This document shows positions 17,407-26,303 of a stretch of DNA of 34,894 nucleotides, in pieces. The stretch's first letter is position 1, and each line of letters starts with the position of its first letter. The DNA is taken from contig JACPAV010000035.1 in NCBI GenBank assembly GCA_016180645.1, positions 1-34,894 of the forward strand. The letters run 5' to 3'. The DNA comes from Nitrospirota bacterium (GTDB taxonomy: Bacteria > JACPQY01). Position numbers and translations under genes: made by a program. The notes under the pieces were generated by a model. It did no database searches and was not told the origin of the DNA. It worked only from the letters and a program-made list of their open reading frames with translations.

Positions 17407-18288
17407 TCACAGCACCTTGATCGGGCCGTCGGAGCGGCCTTCGAAGAATTGGGAAAGGATGTCGTTCGCCCTCTCCGCTTCGCTAGGAGGGCGACGAGTG
17501 GATCCCTCATCCTGAAACCGCGTCGACGCCTTGCGAATCTCGTCCTTCGGCCCGTAGGCCACCAGTTTCGACTGGTAGAGCATTCCGATCGTGTGGGCGA
17601 TCTTGAACGTGCTCTTGATGTCGTGGCTGATCACGATGTAGGTGATGCCGAGCCGCGCCTGAGTGTCCAGGATCAGGCGGTCGATGGCGTCGCTGGTCAC
17701 GGGATCGAGGCCGGAGGTCGGCTCGTCGAACACCACCACCTCCGGATCCATCACGATCGCGCGGGCGAGGGCCACGCGCTTGCGCATGCCGCCGGAGAGT
17801 TCCGATGGATTGTAGTGCTCCGTTCCGGGCATTCCGACCAGGCGAAGTTTCTCAGCAACAATGTCACGGATTTCAGTGTCCTTGAGCTGGGTGTGTTTTA
17901 CGAGGGGGAAGGCGACGTTCTCGCCGACGCTCATCGAACCGAACAGCGCCCCGCCTTGAAACAACATGCCGAATTTCTTGCGCAGGCGGTTGAGGGCGCG
18001 ATCGTCGAGGGAGTTGACCTCGACGTCACCCACGAACACGCTTCCGCGGTCCGGCTTCATCAGTCCCACAATGTGCTTCACCAATACGCTTTTCCCCACG
18101 CCGCTCTGACCGATCACGACGGTGGTTTTTCCTCCCGGGATGTCGAGCGTAACGTCGCTGAGCACGGTTTTGCCCTTGAGTATCTTGGTCACGTTTCGAA
18201 TGCGGATGGCGTGGGGATCGTGGCGGAGTGACAGTCGGTCAATCTTCTCCAGCAGGTCGCGGTGATTCGAATTCCGGAACAATCGCAC
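17407..18288 (-). CDS. mlaF: MlaF/Mkl-family ABC ATPase
   Basis: Walker A GQSGVGKS; FGMLFQGGALFGSMSV; LSGGMRKRVALARA; FDEPTSGLDP; contains a 19-aa repeat-derived insertion near the C-terminus. Confidence 0.93.
   Translation of the reverse strand: MRLFRNSNHRDLLEKIDRLSLRHDPHAIRIRNVTKILKGKTVLSDVTLDIPGGKTTVVIGQSGVGKSVLVKHIVGLMKPDRGSVFVGDVEVNSLDDRALNRLRKKFGMLFQGGALFGSMSVGENVAFPLVKHTQLKDTEIRDIVAEKLRLVGMPGTEHYNPSELSGGMRKRVALARAIVMDPEVVVFDEPTSGLDPVTSDAIDRLILDTQARLGITYIVISHDIKSTFKIAHTIGMLYQSKLVAYGPKDEIRKASTRFQDEGSTRRPPSEAERANDILSQFFEGRSDGPIKVL
17464..17520 (-). mobile_element. 57-bp palindromic element, copy C (in frame inside mlaF)
   Basis: CGGTTTCAGGATGAGGGATCCACTCGTCGCCCTCCTAGCGAAGCGGAGAGGGCGAAC, preceded by CGACG; encodes RFQDEGSTRRPPSEAERAN. 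Confidence 0.7.
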
Positions 18289-18305
18289 CGCGGAATGCTA
18301 CACGA

Positions 18306-19211
18306 TCACCCCTCGACGGGCAATGAAAAGCGCCCTTCGAGGAGGGTCCTGAGAGGATACGGAGGGGAAGGGGGGAGGCCGTGGGCGGACACGTGTATCC
18401 CGCCGCGCTTCCAGGCGCGTTTCCGTCCCGGCTTGCCGCGGTGGGTCCGGCGGAGGAAATCGCGAAGCTGCCGCGCCTCGGCGATGTTCTGGAGTCCCGC
18501 CGGGTCCGCCTTCCACTGGGGAGCGGATTCTCCATCTCGAAGAAACTGCCGGGCGTTGCCGAGGGCCAGCTTCAGGAAGGCGTCGATTTCGGCATGGGAG
18601 AGATAAACGTTCTGCTTCAGCCGGCGATTGCGGAACTGGTCCAGAAACATCACGCCCGAGAAAAGGAGGCGATTGGTCTGGAAGTTGAGGAGGGTGGGCG
18701 TGAGTTGCGCCTGGAGAAGATCGTTGTTGCGCCGGGCGGCTTCGCGGAAGATCTGACGAAACGACACGTGAAGCTCCTGGAGAACGTGGCGTTCCACGCA
18801 GAATTCCCAATAGGTGTGTTTGAACGCGCGCTTGTAGAAGAAATTGATGAGCTGGAAGGGAACGAAAATGTTGTGCGATACAATGTCGGCCGCGAGGTGC
18901 GTAAAGTAACCGTAGGTGAACGCGCGGTGGTGATCGTTTTGGGAACGGTCCAGAAGCTCCCGGGCTACGCTCCAGTTGTGGCAGTGATACCGGTATTCAG
19001 CGAGGTTCTTTCCAAAAAGAATATCCGCCCCGATGCACCCATACAGGTAGTCGGACCGGTACGCGGAGATGAGGGAGGCCGTCTCCGAGGCGATCTGGGG
19101 GAGCGAAGACAGGACGTGCTGGCCGATCCAGAGATGGGTGGAGGGGCCCCAGGCCAGGCACTCGGGAGGGAAAAGTAGGCTGATTCCCAGAATACAGAGA
19201 ACAACAATCAT
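18306..19211 (-). CDS. Zinc-dependent phospholipase C / P1 nuclease-superfamily protein
   Basis: Signal peptide followed by WGPSTH (mature Trp1); GCIGADI; HCH; GYFTHLAADIVSHN; HTYWE. Confidence 0.85.
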   Translation of the reverse strand: MIVVLCILGISLLFPPECLAWGPSTHLWIGQHVLSSLPQIASETASLISAYRSDYLYGCIGADILFGKNLAEYRYHCHNWSVARELLDRSQNDHHRAFTYGYFTHLAADIVSHNIFVPFQLINFFYKRAFKHTYWEFCVERHVLQELHVSFRQIFREAARRNNDLLQAQLTPTLLNFQTNRLLFSGVMFLDQFRNRRLKQNVYLSHAEIDAFLKLALGNARQFLRDGESAPQWKADPAGLQNIAEARQLRDFLRRTHRGKPGRKRAWKRGGIHVSAHGLPPSPPYPLRTLLEGRFSLPVEG

Positions 19212-19243
19212 GGAGTATTACTACCGCAGTTGGTCGGTTCCGG

Positions 19244-19362
19244 GTAGTCGCAGCCCCTTGCCCAAGACGGCATGGGGCCATGATAGGTTGTGGCCCAGGA
19301 TGGGCCACATGGAACATGGCCTTCAGGCTGCGCACCGAACGCGGGCTGAAGCCCGCGGCTAC
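19244..19362. repeat. GTAG-type REP doublet with a ~60-bp insertion in the first hairpin loop
   Basis: GTAGTCGCAGCC...[insert]...CTTCAGGCTGCG followed by CGCGGGCTGAAGCCCGCGGCTAC. Confidence 0.65.
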
Positions 19363-19394
19363 AAGGACAGAACAGGATGTTGCGGCGCTCAGCC

Positions 19395-20600
19395 TTACGA
19401 CGCCGGGAGATTGACGAGCCGCCGCGCCATCACGATGCGCTGGACCTGGCCGGTCCCTTCAAAGATGTCGAACACCTTCATGTCGCGGAACAGCTTCTCG
19501 ACGAAATAATCGTTCCGAACGCCCGCGTCGCCCAGTACTTCCATCGCCTCGCGGGTGACCTCCAGCGCGGCCGGGGGGCAGTAGGCCTTCGCCATGGACG
19601 CTTCGAGCGTGTTCGGCTTGCCGTGGTCCATGAGCCACACGGCCTTCCAGCAAAGAAGACGCCCGGTATCGAGCTTGCGGCGCATGTGGTTGAGCTTCTC
19701 CTTCAGCTTTTGGTAGCGGGGAATGGGGCGGTTGACCATGTAGTTCTCTTTCACGAAATCGCGGACGTACTCGTACGCTGCGCGCCCGATGCCGATGGCC
19801 ATGGCGGCGACAGCGGGACGCGTCATGTCGAACGTGCCCATCGCGCCCTTGAAGCCTTCTTTCGCCTGGTAGTGCTCTTCGCCGCCGAGCAGATTCTCTT
19901 CCGGAACCTTGCACTCTTCATAGATGAGGGAAGCCGTTTCAGATCCGCGCAGCCCCATCTTCTGTTCGATGCGGCCCACGCGATATCCCGGCGTGCCCTT
20001 TTCGACGACGAACGTGCGATGGCCCTTTCGTCCGAGGCTCTTGTCGATCGTGGCGAACGTTACCGCCCAATCGGCCCTCGCGGCGTTGGTGATAAACATC
20101 TTCTCGCCGTTCAGGATGTAGAACTTGCCTTCCTTGCGGCAGGTCATCTTGATGCTGGAGACGTCCGACCCTGCGCTCGGTTCGGTGAGCGCAAAGCAGC
20201 CCCAGCGGGGCATGGTCTTGTCCTCGAAAATTCCGAAAAATCTCTTCTTCTGGTCCTCCGTGCCCATGATCTGAATCGGGGGGCTTCCCAAGCCGGGTCC
20301 GGGCAGCGACATCGCCACGCCTTGGTCCCAGTAAGCGATTTCCTCCGCCGCCATGATGCCGATGCGGCCCATCTTTTTCGGGCCGCCGCCGTTCTTCTTC
20401 TTGCCGCCCTGCTCTTCGAGCGCCCGCATGCCGAACGACACGCCGAAGCTCATGAACTCCTTGAAGAAAGGATGATCGACCGGCAGGGCTTCGTGTTTCC
20501 TGTCGCATTCGATCCCGAGGGGACGGAATTTCTCCTTCCCCATCCACTTCAGCATGTTGAGAATGTTCTCGGCGCCGGGGTCCAGGCTTAGGTCGATCAT
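19395..20600 (-). CDS. Acyl-CoA dehydrogenase (catalytic-type subunit)
   Basis: FALTEPSAGSD; LNGEKMFITN; KMGLRGSET; DIFEGTGQVQR with the catalytic Glu. Confidence 0.95.
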   Translation of the reverse strand: MIDLSLDPGAENILNMLKWMGKEKFRPLGIECDRKHEALPVDHPFFKEFMSFGVSFGMRALEEQGGKKKNGGGPKKMGRIGIMAAEEIAYWDQGVAMSLPGPGLGSPPIQIMGTEDQKKRFFGIFEDKTMPRWGCFALTEPSAGSDVSSIKMTCRKEGKFYILNGEKMFITNAARADWAVTFATIDKSLGRKGHRTFVVEKGTPGYRVGRIEQKMGLRGSETASLIYEECKVPEENLLGGEEHYQAKEGFKGAMGTFDMTRPAVAAMAIGIGRAAYEYVRDFVKENYMVNRPIPRYQKLKEKLNHMRRKLDTGRLLCWKAVWLMDHGKPNTLEASMAKAYCPPAALEVTREAMEVLGDAGVRNDYFVEKLFRDMKVFDIFEGTGQVQRIVMARRLVNLPAS

Positions 20601-20612
20601 CTCAAACCTCTC

Positions 20613-21665
20613 TTACTCGGCGAGCACGAGTTCGCAGGCGTCGAGATCCGCCTGGTCGACTCCGCCCCAGATCGTGGTGAGCACCTGCGCCTCACGCATC
20701 CATTTTTCGACGGGATGGTCCTTGATGTAGCCGTGCCCGCCCAGAATCTGAAGACCCCAATCGGTGACGAAGCGCGATTGCTGCGCCGCTTCCTGATAGG
20801 CGGCGGCGGCGTGCCAGCCGACCTGGCTGCCGAGGTTGAGCTGGTGGATGGCGCGCCATACGGCAAGCCTCGCGGCATCCACGGCCATCGCCATTTCGGC
20901 GATGTAGAACGCAATGGCTTGATGGTGCGCGATCGGTTTCCCGAAGGCCGAGCGTTCCTGCGCGTATTTCATGGCGTACTCGAAGGAGGCTCGCGCCACG
21001 CCGACGAGAAGCGAGGCCGTGTAGATCCGGATCCGTGCCACGATTTTCTCATAGGCCGCCGCATCCTTCACCGCATGAAGCACTTTGGCTTTGGAAAACT
21101 GAACTTCCGACGGTCCGGAGGCCTGGAGGGCGCACCCAACGAGCGGCTTGAACTTGAGGCCCTGGCCCTCGATGATGAGCGCCTGCTTGTCTTTCAGCAC
21201 CACTGCCACGTCCGCGCCGGAACCGGTGACAAATGAAGCCGTGCCCTCGACCGAACCGTTGACTTGAAGTCGGGCGTCCGTGTCGACCACGAGCACGCCC
21301 TTGGGCGCTTCGCCCGAACCGGAGAGCTTGCCGAGAAGCGACTTCTGGAGATCTTTCGGCGCGCCTTCGGTGATCGCGTAGTAAGCGGGCCAACAGCCTT
21401 CGATGGCGAGCGCGGCGCCCGCGTCCCCCCAGCCGAGTTCCTCCATCACGAGGCTCTTGGCGAATGGGGTGAGCCCCGCGCCGCCGAGATCGGTCGGCAA
21501 TTCCAGGAGGCCGAATCCGAGCTTCTTGTATTCCTCGGCGATATCGGATTGCACGCGGCCGGAGTCTTCGTGCTTCTCCCCTGCGGGGCGGAGTTTGTCG
21601 GACGCGAAACTCCTGGCGCTCTCGCGGATCATTTCTTCTTCTTCGGTGAGGGTAAAGTCGATCAT
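20613..21665 (-). CDS. Acyl-CoA dehydrogenase-like short subunit (degenerate FAD and catalytic motifs)
   Basis: MIDFTLTEEEEMIR; ERSAFGKPIAHHQAI; QILGGHGYIKDHPVEKWMR; lacks TEPxxGSD and has IWGG where IFEG is expected. Confidence 0.88.
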   Translation of the reverse strand: MIDFTLTEEEEMIRESARSFASDKLRPAGEKHEDSGRVQSDIAEEYKKLGFGLLELPTDLGGAGLTPFAKSLVMEELGWGDAGAALAIEGCWPAYYAITEGAPKDLQKSLLGKLSGSGEAPKGVLVVDTDARLQVNGSVEGTASFVTGSGADVAVVLKDKQALIIEGQGLKFKPLVGCALQASGPSEVQFSKAKVLHAVKDAAAYEKIVARIRIYTASLLVGVARASFEYAMKYAQERSAFGKPIAHHQAIAFYIAEMAMAVDAARLAVWRAIHQLNLGSQVGWHAAAAYQEAAQQSRFVTDWGLQILGGHGYIKDHPVEKWMREAQVLTTIWGGVDQADLDACELVLAE

Positions 21666-21672
21666 GCCGGAA

Positions 21673-21768
21673 ATCCTGACAGAGCATGACGCGCCTTGTC
21701 AAGGGGTTTTGACATGGTGCGTCAAATTAGGAAATTCCTTGACCGCCGCGGGCACAGAAAGCTACAAT
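21673..21768. promoter_or_regulatory. Divergent sigma70 promoters with two TGAC-N7-GTCA palindromes
   Basis: Minus strand: TTGACA (21702-21697)-18-CAGGAT (21678-21673). Plus strand: TTGACC (21739-21744)-18-TACAAT (21763-21768). Palindromes at 21686-21702 and 21709-21725. Confidence 0.6.
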
Positions 21769-21773
21769 AGGAC

Positions 21774-23189
21774 GTGGATATAGTGAACAAACCCAAGACC
21801 GTCGGCGAACTCCGGGCCTCCGGCACCCGCCTCCTTACCGTCAAGCAGGAACTTCGCAAGAACCTCCTCCATCGATTGAAGAACAAGGAGGAGTTGTTCC
21901 CCAAGATCGTCGGATACGAGGAGACCGTTACCCCCGCCATCGAGAATGCAATTCTGGCCGGGCACGACGTGATTTTCCTGGGCGAGCGCGGACAGGCGAA
22001 GAGCCGGATCATCCGGCATGTCGTCGAATTGCTGGACGAAGCGATCCCGGCCATTGAAGGCTGCGAAATCCACGACCATCCGTTCGCCCCGATCTGCTAC
22101 GGGTGCCGTGAGCGGGCAGCGAAGGAAGGTGACGCGCTTCCCATCCGCTGGGTCGGACGCGAGGAACGGTTCGGCGAAAAGCTTTCAACGCCGGACGTAA
22201 CGGTGGCCGATCTCATCGGCGAAATCGATCCGATCAAAGTGGCCGAGGGCCGGTATCTGGCCGACGAACGCGCGATCCACTACGGCCTCATTCCCCGGAG
22301 CAACCGCGGGATTTTCGCCATCAACGAACTGCCGGACCTCTCGGAACGGGTGCAGGTGGGCCTCTTCAATCTTCTGGAAGAGCGCGACGTGCAGATCAAG
22401 GGATTCAGAGTGCGACTGCCGCTCGACGTTTTCATCATGGCGAGCGCCAACCCGGAGGACTACACGAGCCGAGGCCGGATTATCACGCCGCTGAAGGACC
22501 GGTTCCAGGCGCAGATCCGCACGCACTACCCGAAAACGCGCGACATCGAGATCAAGATCATGGAGCAGGAATCGAGCTGTCCGGCGGGGAACGGCGTCTA
22601 CAAGATCGAGGTGCCCGCCTTCATGAAGGAGATCGTGTGCGAAGTGACCTTTCAGGGGCGGAAGAGCGCGGAGATCAACCAGCGGTCCGGCGTAAGCGTG
22701 CGACTGTCCATTACGAACATGGAAACCCTCGTCGCGAATGCCGAGAAGCGGGCGATTCGGAACGGCGAAGATGTGGTGGTTCCCCGAATCACCGATCTGG
22801 ACGCCGTGCGGAAATCCACCGAGGGCAAGGTGGAGATGGAATACTCCGGAGACGAGAAGGTGGAGGGCGAAGTGGTGGACAAGCTCCTCCGCCGCGCGAT
22901 CAAAGAAGTGTTCCACAAGTATTTCCGGGTGGAGGAACTCCAGTCTGTGGTGGACGCCTTCGCCTCCGGCCAAATGCTCTATGTGTCGGACCGCCTGCCT
23001 TCCGCCGACTACATCAAGGGCGTGTCCGGGATTCCCGACCTGATGCGCTGCCTCTCCCCGCTGGATCTCAAGGAATCGCCCCCGTGGATCGCCAGTGGAA
23101 CCGAGTTTCTCCTCGAGGGGCTCTACCTGAATCAAAAGCTCTTCAAACAGTCCGTCGACCATACCTTCCAATACAAGGGCATCAAGTAG
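21774..23189 (+). CDS. AAA+ ATPase, Mg-chelatase/MoxR-like family
   Basis: GERGQAKS (Walker A variant); FAINELPDL (Walker B variant); ASANPEDYTSRGRIITPLKDRF; adjacent VWA gene. Confidence 0.9.
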   Translation: MDIVNKPKTVGELRASGTRLLTVKQELRKNLLHRLKNKEELFPKIVGYEETVTPAIENAILAGHDVIFLGERGQAKSRIIRHVVELLDEAIPAIEGCEIHDHPFAPICYGCRERAAKEGDALPIRWVGREERFGEKLSTPDVTVADLIGEIDPIKVAEGRYLADERAIHYGLIPRSNRGIFAINELPDLSERVQVGLFNLLEERDVQIKGFRVRLPLDVFIMASANPEDYTSRGRIITPLKDRFQAQIRTHYPKTRDIEIKIMEQESSCPAGNGVYKIEVPAFMKEIVCEVTFQGRKSAEINQRSGVSVRLSITNMETLVANAEKRAIRNGEDVVVPRITDLDAVRKSTEGKVEMEYSGDEKVEGEVVDKLLRRAIKEVFHKYFRVEELQSVVDAFASGQMLYVSDRLPSADYIKGVSGIPDLMRCLSPLDLKESPPWIASGTEFLLEGLYLNQKLFKQSVDHTFQYKGIK

Positions 23190-23246
23190 CGGCCGGATCC
23201 CGCCGCCGCCGGGAATGCCTGTATAATGACCCGCGGGTGAACAACC

Positions 23247-24866
23247 GTGGCCACGTACGCCTATCTTAAACGCACCGCGACCGACACGGGTCCCGATTTC
23301 AGCGCGGACGACGTGTTCGGCGAGCTGGCGGAGCACCTGCTGGACTACGGCGATCTCAATTGGGCGCTCGACAAGCTGCTGCGCGAAGGGGTCACCTCGC
23401 CCGAAACGGGGAAGCGCGTCAAGGGCCTCAACCAGATTCTCAAGGACATCGAAAACAAGCTCCGGGAGTATTTCCGGAATTACGACGTCGATCCCGCGCG
23501 GGAGGAACTGGACGAAATGCTCAACGAAATGGTCCGCAAGGCCCTCGATGACCTGGATCGACGGCAGCGGCAATCCCCGGGGGGGGGGGAGGGTTCGAAG
23601 GAGCGCCGGGAGATCGAAGATCGATGGAAACAACTCGCGCAGTCGCCGGCCCAGTTCATCAAGGAGATGGGGTCCGATTCGGATCTCACCCAGGGATCAC
23701 CCGAGGACGCCGGATGGCTCCAAGATCGTCAGGAACAGATCCGCAATTTCGAGGAATTCTACGACGACTACAGCTACCGGTTCCGGGGCCGGCAGCCCCT
23801 TTCGTTGCAGGAAGCGATGGACCTCGTCGATGAAATCCGGAAGCTCGAAGAGATGGAGCGGAATCTGCGCAAAGGAAGCCTCGATCGCGTCGATCAACAG
23901 GCGGTGGACCACGTGGCCGGCGAAGACACCATGAAGGGGTTGTCGTCCTTGAAGGAAATCCGGAAGATGCTCACCGAGAGCGGTCACCTCGTGGAGGAGG
24001 GGTACTACCTCCGACTCACTCCGATGGCCATCCGCAAGATCGCCCAGAAGGCCCTTCGCGACATCTTCTACGGACTGAAGCTCTCCCAGCTCGGGCGGCA
24101 CCCGGTGCGCGGATTCGGCCAGGGACTCGAACTCCAGGAGGACCTCAAAGACTACCAGTATGGCGATGCGTTTCACGTGAACCTCACGGAGACGCTCAAG
24201 CGGAGCCTCGTCTCGGGCGAGTTGAAGCGGGGCCGCATCGGACCGAAGGATTACGTGGTCCACAAGATGGAAAAGCTGAACAAGTTTTCCACGGCGCTCC
24301 TCATCGATATGAGCTGGTCCATGGCTTGGGGCGGAAAGTTCACGGCGGCGAAGAAGGTGGCCCTCGCGCTGGAGCACCTCATCCGGACGCAATTTCCCAC
24401 GGATCGGCTTCATCTGGTTGGGTTTTTCACCTACGCGATCCAGATCAAGTCGAAGGAGCTTCCATTCGCGAATCTGAATCACATCGAGCCGTTCACGAAT
24501 ATGCAGGACGCGCTTCGTCTGGCCTCGAGACTCCTGGAAAAGGACGGGAACGCCAACAAACAGATCATCATGGTGACGGATGGTCAACCCACCGCCTACG
24601 TGCGGGAGGACGGCATGCACATCGAGTGGCCGTATCTCGGGCTGTCCCCGAACGCGTTTTTTTACACGCTCGAAGAAGTGAAGAAGATGACCAAAAAGAA
24701 CATCGTGCTGAACGTATTCATGATCGACGAGAATCCGGCGTTGCGATCGTTTGTAGAGGAGATGGTGAAGATCAATCACGGTCGCGGGCTGTTCACGCGT
24801 CCCGATCAGCTCGGGCGCTACATCATCGTCGACTATATCAAACAGCGATCGAGGTTCGTGAATTGA
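23247..24866 (+). CDS. VWA-domain protein (probable partner of the AAA+ ATPase)
   Basis: MIDAS LLIDMSWSM; TNMQDAL; IIMVTDGQPTA. Confidence 0.9.
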   Translation: MATYAYLKRTATDTGPDFSADDVFGELAEHLLDYGDLNWALDKLLREGVTSPETGKRVKGLNQILKDIENKLREYFRNYDVDPAREELDEMLNEMVRKALDDLDRRQRQSPGGGEGSKERREIEDRWKQLAQSPAQFIKEMGSDSDLTQGSPEDAGWLQDRQEQIRNFEEFYDDYSYRFRGRQPLSLQEAMDLVDEIRKLEEMERNLRKGSLDRVDQQAVDHVAGEDTMKGLSSLKEIRKMLTESGHLVEEGYYLRLTPMAIRKIAQKALRDIFYGLKLSQLGRHPVRGFGQGLELQEDLKDYQYGDAFHVNLTETLKRSLVSGELKRGRIGPKDYVVHKMEKLNKFSTALLIDMSWSMAWGGKFTAAKKVALALEHLIRTQFPTDRLHLVGFFTYAIQIKSKELPFANLNHIEPFTNMQDALRLASRLLEKDGNANKQIIMVTDGQPTAYVREDGMHIEWPYLGLSPNAFFYTLEEVKKMTKKNIVLNVFMIDENPALRSFVEEMVKINHGRGLFTRPDQLGRYIIVDYIKQRSRFVN

Positions 24867-24867
24867 A

Positions 24868-24895
24868 ACGAGTCACGAGCCACGAGCAACGAGCC
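24868..24895 (+). repeat. 4 x 7-bp tandem repeat (ACGAGYN)
   Basis: ACGAGTC ACGAGCC ACGAGCA ACGAGCC between the VWA and rhomboid genes. Confidence 0.6.
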
Positions 24896-24904
24896 CCGCG
24901 ATAG

Positions 24905-25567
24905 GTGATCCCCCTCCGCGACGCCAATCCCACGCGAACGTTCCCCATCGTAACGGTGGGCCTGATCGCCCTGAATGTCCTCGTATTTCTTTATCAGGCG
25001 ATGGGCACGGCCAATCCCCAAGCGTTCGTCATGACGTACGGAGCCATCCCGCGGGTTGTTTTGGGCGCGGGGGCCGCCGCCTACTCCGGAGGTCCGTGGC
25101 CGCCGCTCACGATCCTCACATCGATGTTCCTGCACGGCGGGTTCTTCCACTTGGGTGGAAACATGCTCTACCTGTGGATTTTCGGCGACAACCTGGAGGA
25201 CCGGATGGGGAAGGTCCGGTACGTCGTCTTCTATCTGATCTGCGGCGCGGCGGCGGCGGGGACGCACATTCTCACGGCTCCATCTTCCCCGGTACCGATG
25301 GTGGGGGCGAGCGGCGCGATTTCGGGCGTGCTGGGCGGGTACGTCCTTCTTTTCCCGCGCGCGAAGGTGATGACGCTGTTCTTCTGGGGCTGGTTCACGC
25401 GGATCGTACCGCTCCCCGCCGTGTGGGTCCTGGGCATCTGGTTTCTCATGCAGGTGTTAAACGGCCTGCCGTCCCTCGCCTTCGCGAACATGGGCGGCGT
25501 GGCATGGTTCGCCCACGTCGGCGGCTTCATCGCCGGCTTCCTCCTCGTCCGCCTCTTCGCCCGGTAG
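24905..25567 (+). CDS. Rhomboid-family intramembrane serine protease
   Basis: MFLHGGFFHLGGNMLYLWIFGDNLED; GASGA (catalytic Ser); AHVGG (catalytic His). Confidence 0.95.
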   Translation: MIPLRDANPTRTFPIVTVGLIALNVLVFLYQAMGTANPQAFVMTYGAIPRVVLGAGAAAYSGGPWPPLTILTSMFLHGGFFHLGGNMLYLWIFGDNLEDRMGKVRYVVFYLICGAAAAGTHILTAPSSPVPMVGASGAISGVLGGYVLLFPRAKVMTLFFWGWFTRIVPLPAVWVLGIWFLMQVLNGLPSLAFANMGGVAWFAHVGGFIAGFLLVRLFAR

Positions 25568-25581
25568 CGGAGCCGGAGCTC

Positions 25582-25794
25582 TTACCGCAGGTCGTGAAAG
25601 TGGTTCTGGGGCACGGGCCGGCCATGGGCCGGCAAGGACTCAATGTGCAGCCGGATCGCCTCCCGGATGTTGCGCTTGGCTTCCTCAATCGTCTTTCCGT
25701 TGCTGAAGCAGCCGGGAAGCGCGGGGGAAGGGGCAGAGTATCCCTCGTCCTCGGCCTCTTTCTCGATAACGATTTCGAACGAGAAGTACCTCAT
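25582..25794 (-). CDS. hicB: HicB-family antitoxin-like protein (short, no DNA-binding tail)
   Basis: FEIVIEKEAEDEGYSAPSPALPGCFSNGKTIEEAKRNIREAIRLHIESL. Confidence 0.85.
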   Translation of the reverse strand: MRYFSFEIVIEKEAEDEGYSAPSPALPGCFSNGKTIEEAKRNIREAIRLHIESLPAHGRPVPQNHFHDLR

Positions 25795-25975
25795 GGGCGG
25801 CATTATGCCAGACGGGGGACCCGCAGGCACGAGGCATCGCTTTGCTCAGCCGTGACAATTGCTGGCACTCGCTTTCTCCACTTCCATGCTCGTGCGATTG
25901 TTACCGCCGCGTCGAACAAGGTCGTATGAGCGCCGAAGCTGTGGTTTCCCAAACGGCGATGCTACAATGTGTCCG

Positions 25976-26202
25976 ATGAGAGCAACTCGGCAGGCACAAT
26001 TCCAACGCAAATACAGGGTGATCTACATGCCTGTCAGAGGTGGCGGGTACAGTGCATTCTTCCCTGCTTTCCCGGAGATCACGCGGTTTGGTATCCAAGT
26101 CTGCGTGCCTGCAAGAAGGCAGCTCGGGAGGCCATCGCTCTCCATTTGGAAGGCCTGGTGCTGCTGGGGGAAAAAGCCTCTCCTGATCCCCGGCTGATCC
26201 AA
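25976..26202 (+). pseudogene. Frameshifted HicB-like gene with a MITE inserted at its 3' end
   Basis: One frame gives KYRVIYMPVRGGGYSAFFPAFPEIT and another gives VWYPSLRACKKAAREAIALHLEGL; removing CG from ACGCGG at ~26081 restores a gap-free HicB alignment. Confidence 0.7.
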
Positions 26203-26303
26203 GAGCCTCTGACAGAATGCCGATTCGTAGGGGAGCATCTTCAGATGCTCCCTCTTGTCGGGAGGGTCTGAAGACCCTCCGCTACGCATTCTGTTAGACG
26301 CAC
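26203..26303. mobile_element. MITE-like element carrying a GTAG-REP doublet (copy 2, 101 bp, inverted relative to copy 1)
   Basis: GAGCCTCTGACAGAAT...GTAGGGGAGCATCTTCAGATGCTCCC...GGGAGGGTCTGAAGACCCTCCGCTAC...ATTCTGTTAGACGCAC; flanks CAA / TAA. Confidence 0.75.

Noticed and set aside
21774-24866. Magnesium chelatase for (bacterio)chlorophyll synthesis
   Set aside because: No chelatase H subunit or photosynthesis genes are nearby; this AAA+/VWA pair type is widespread in non-phototrophs.
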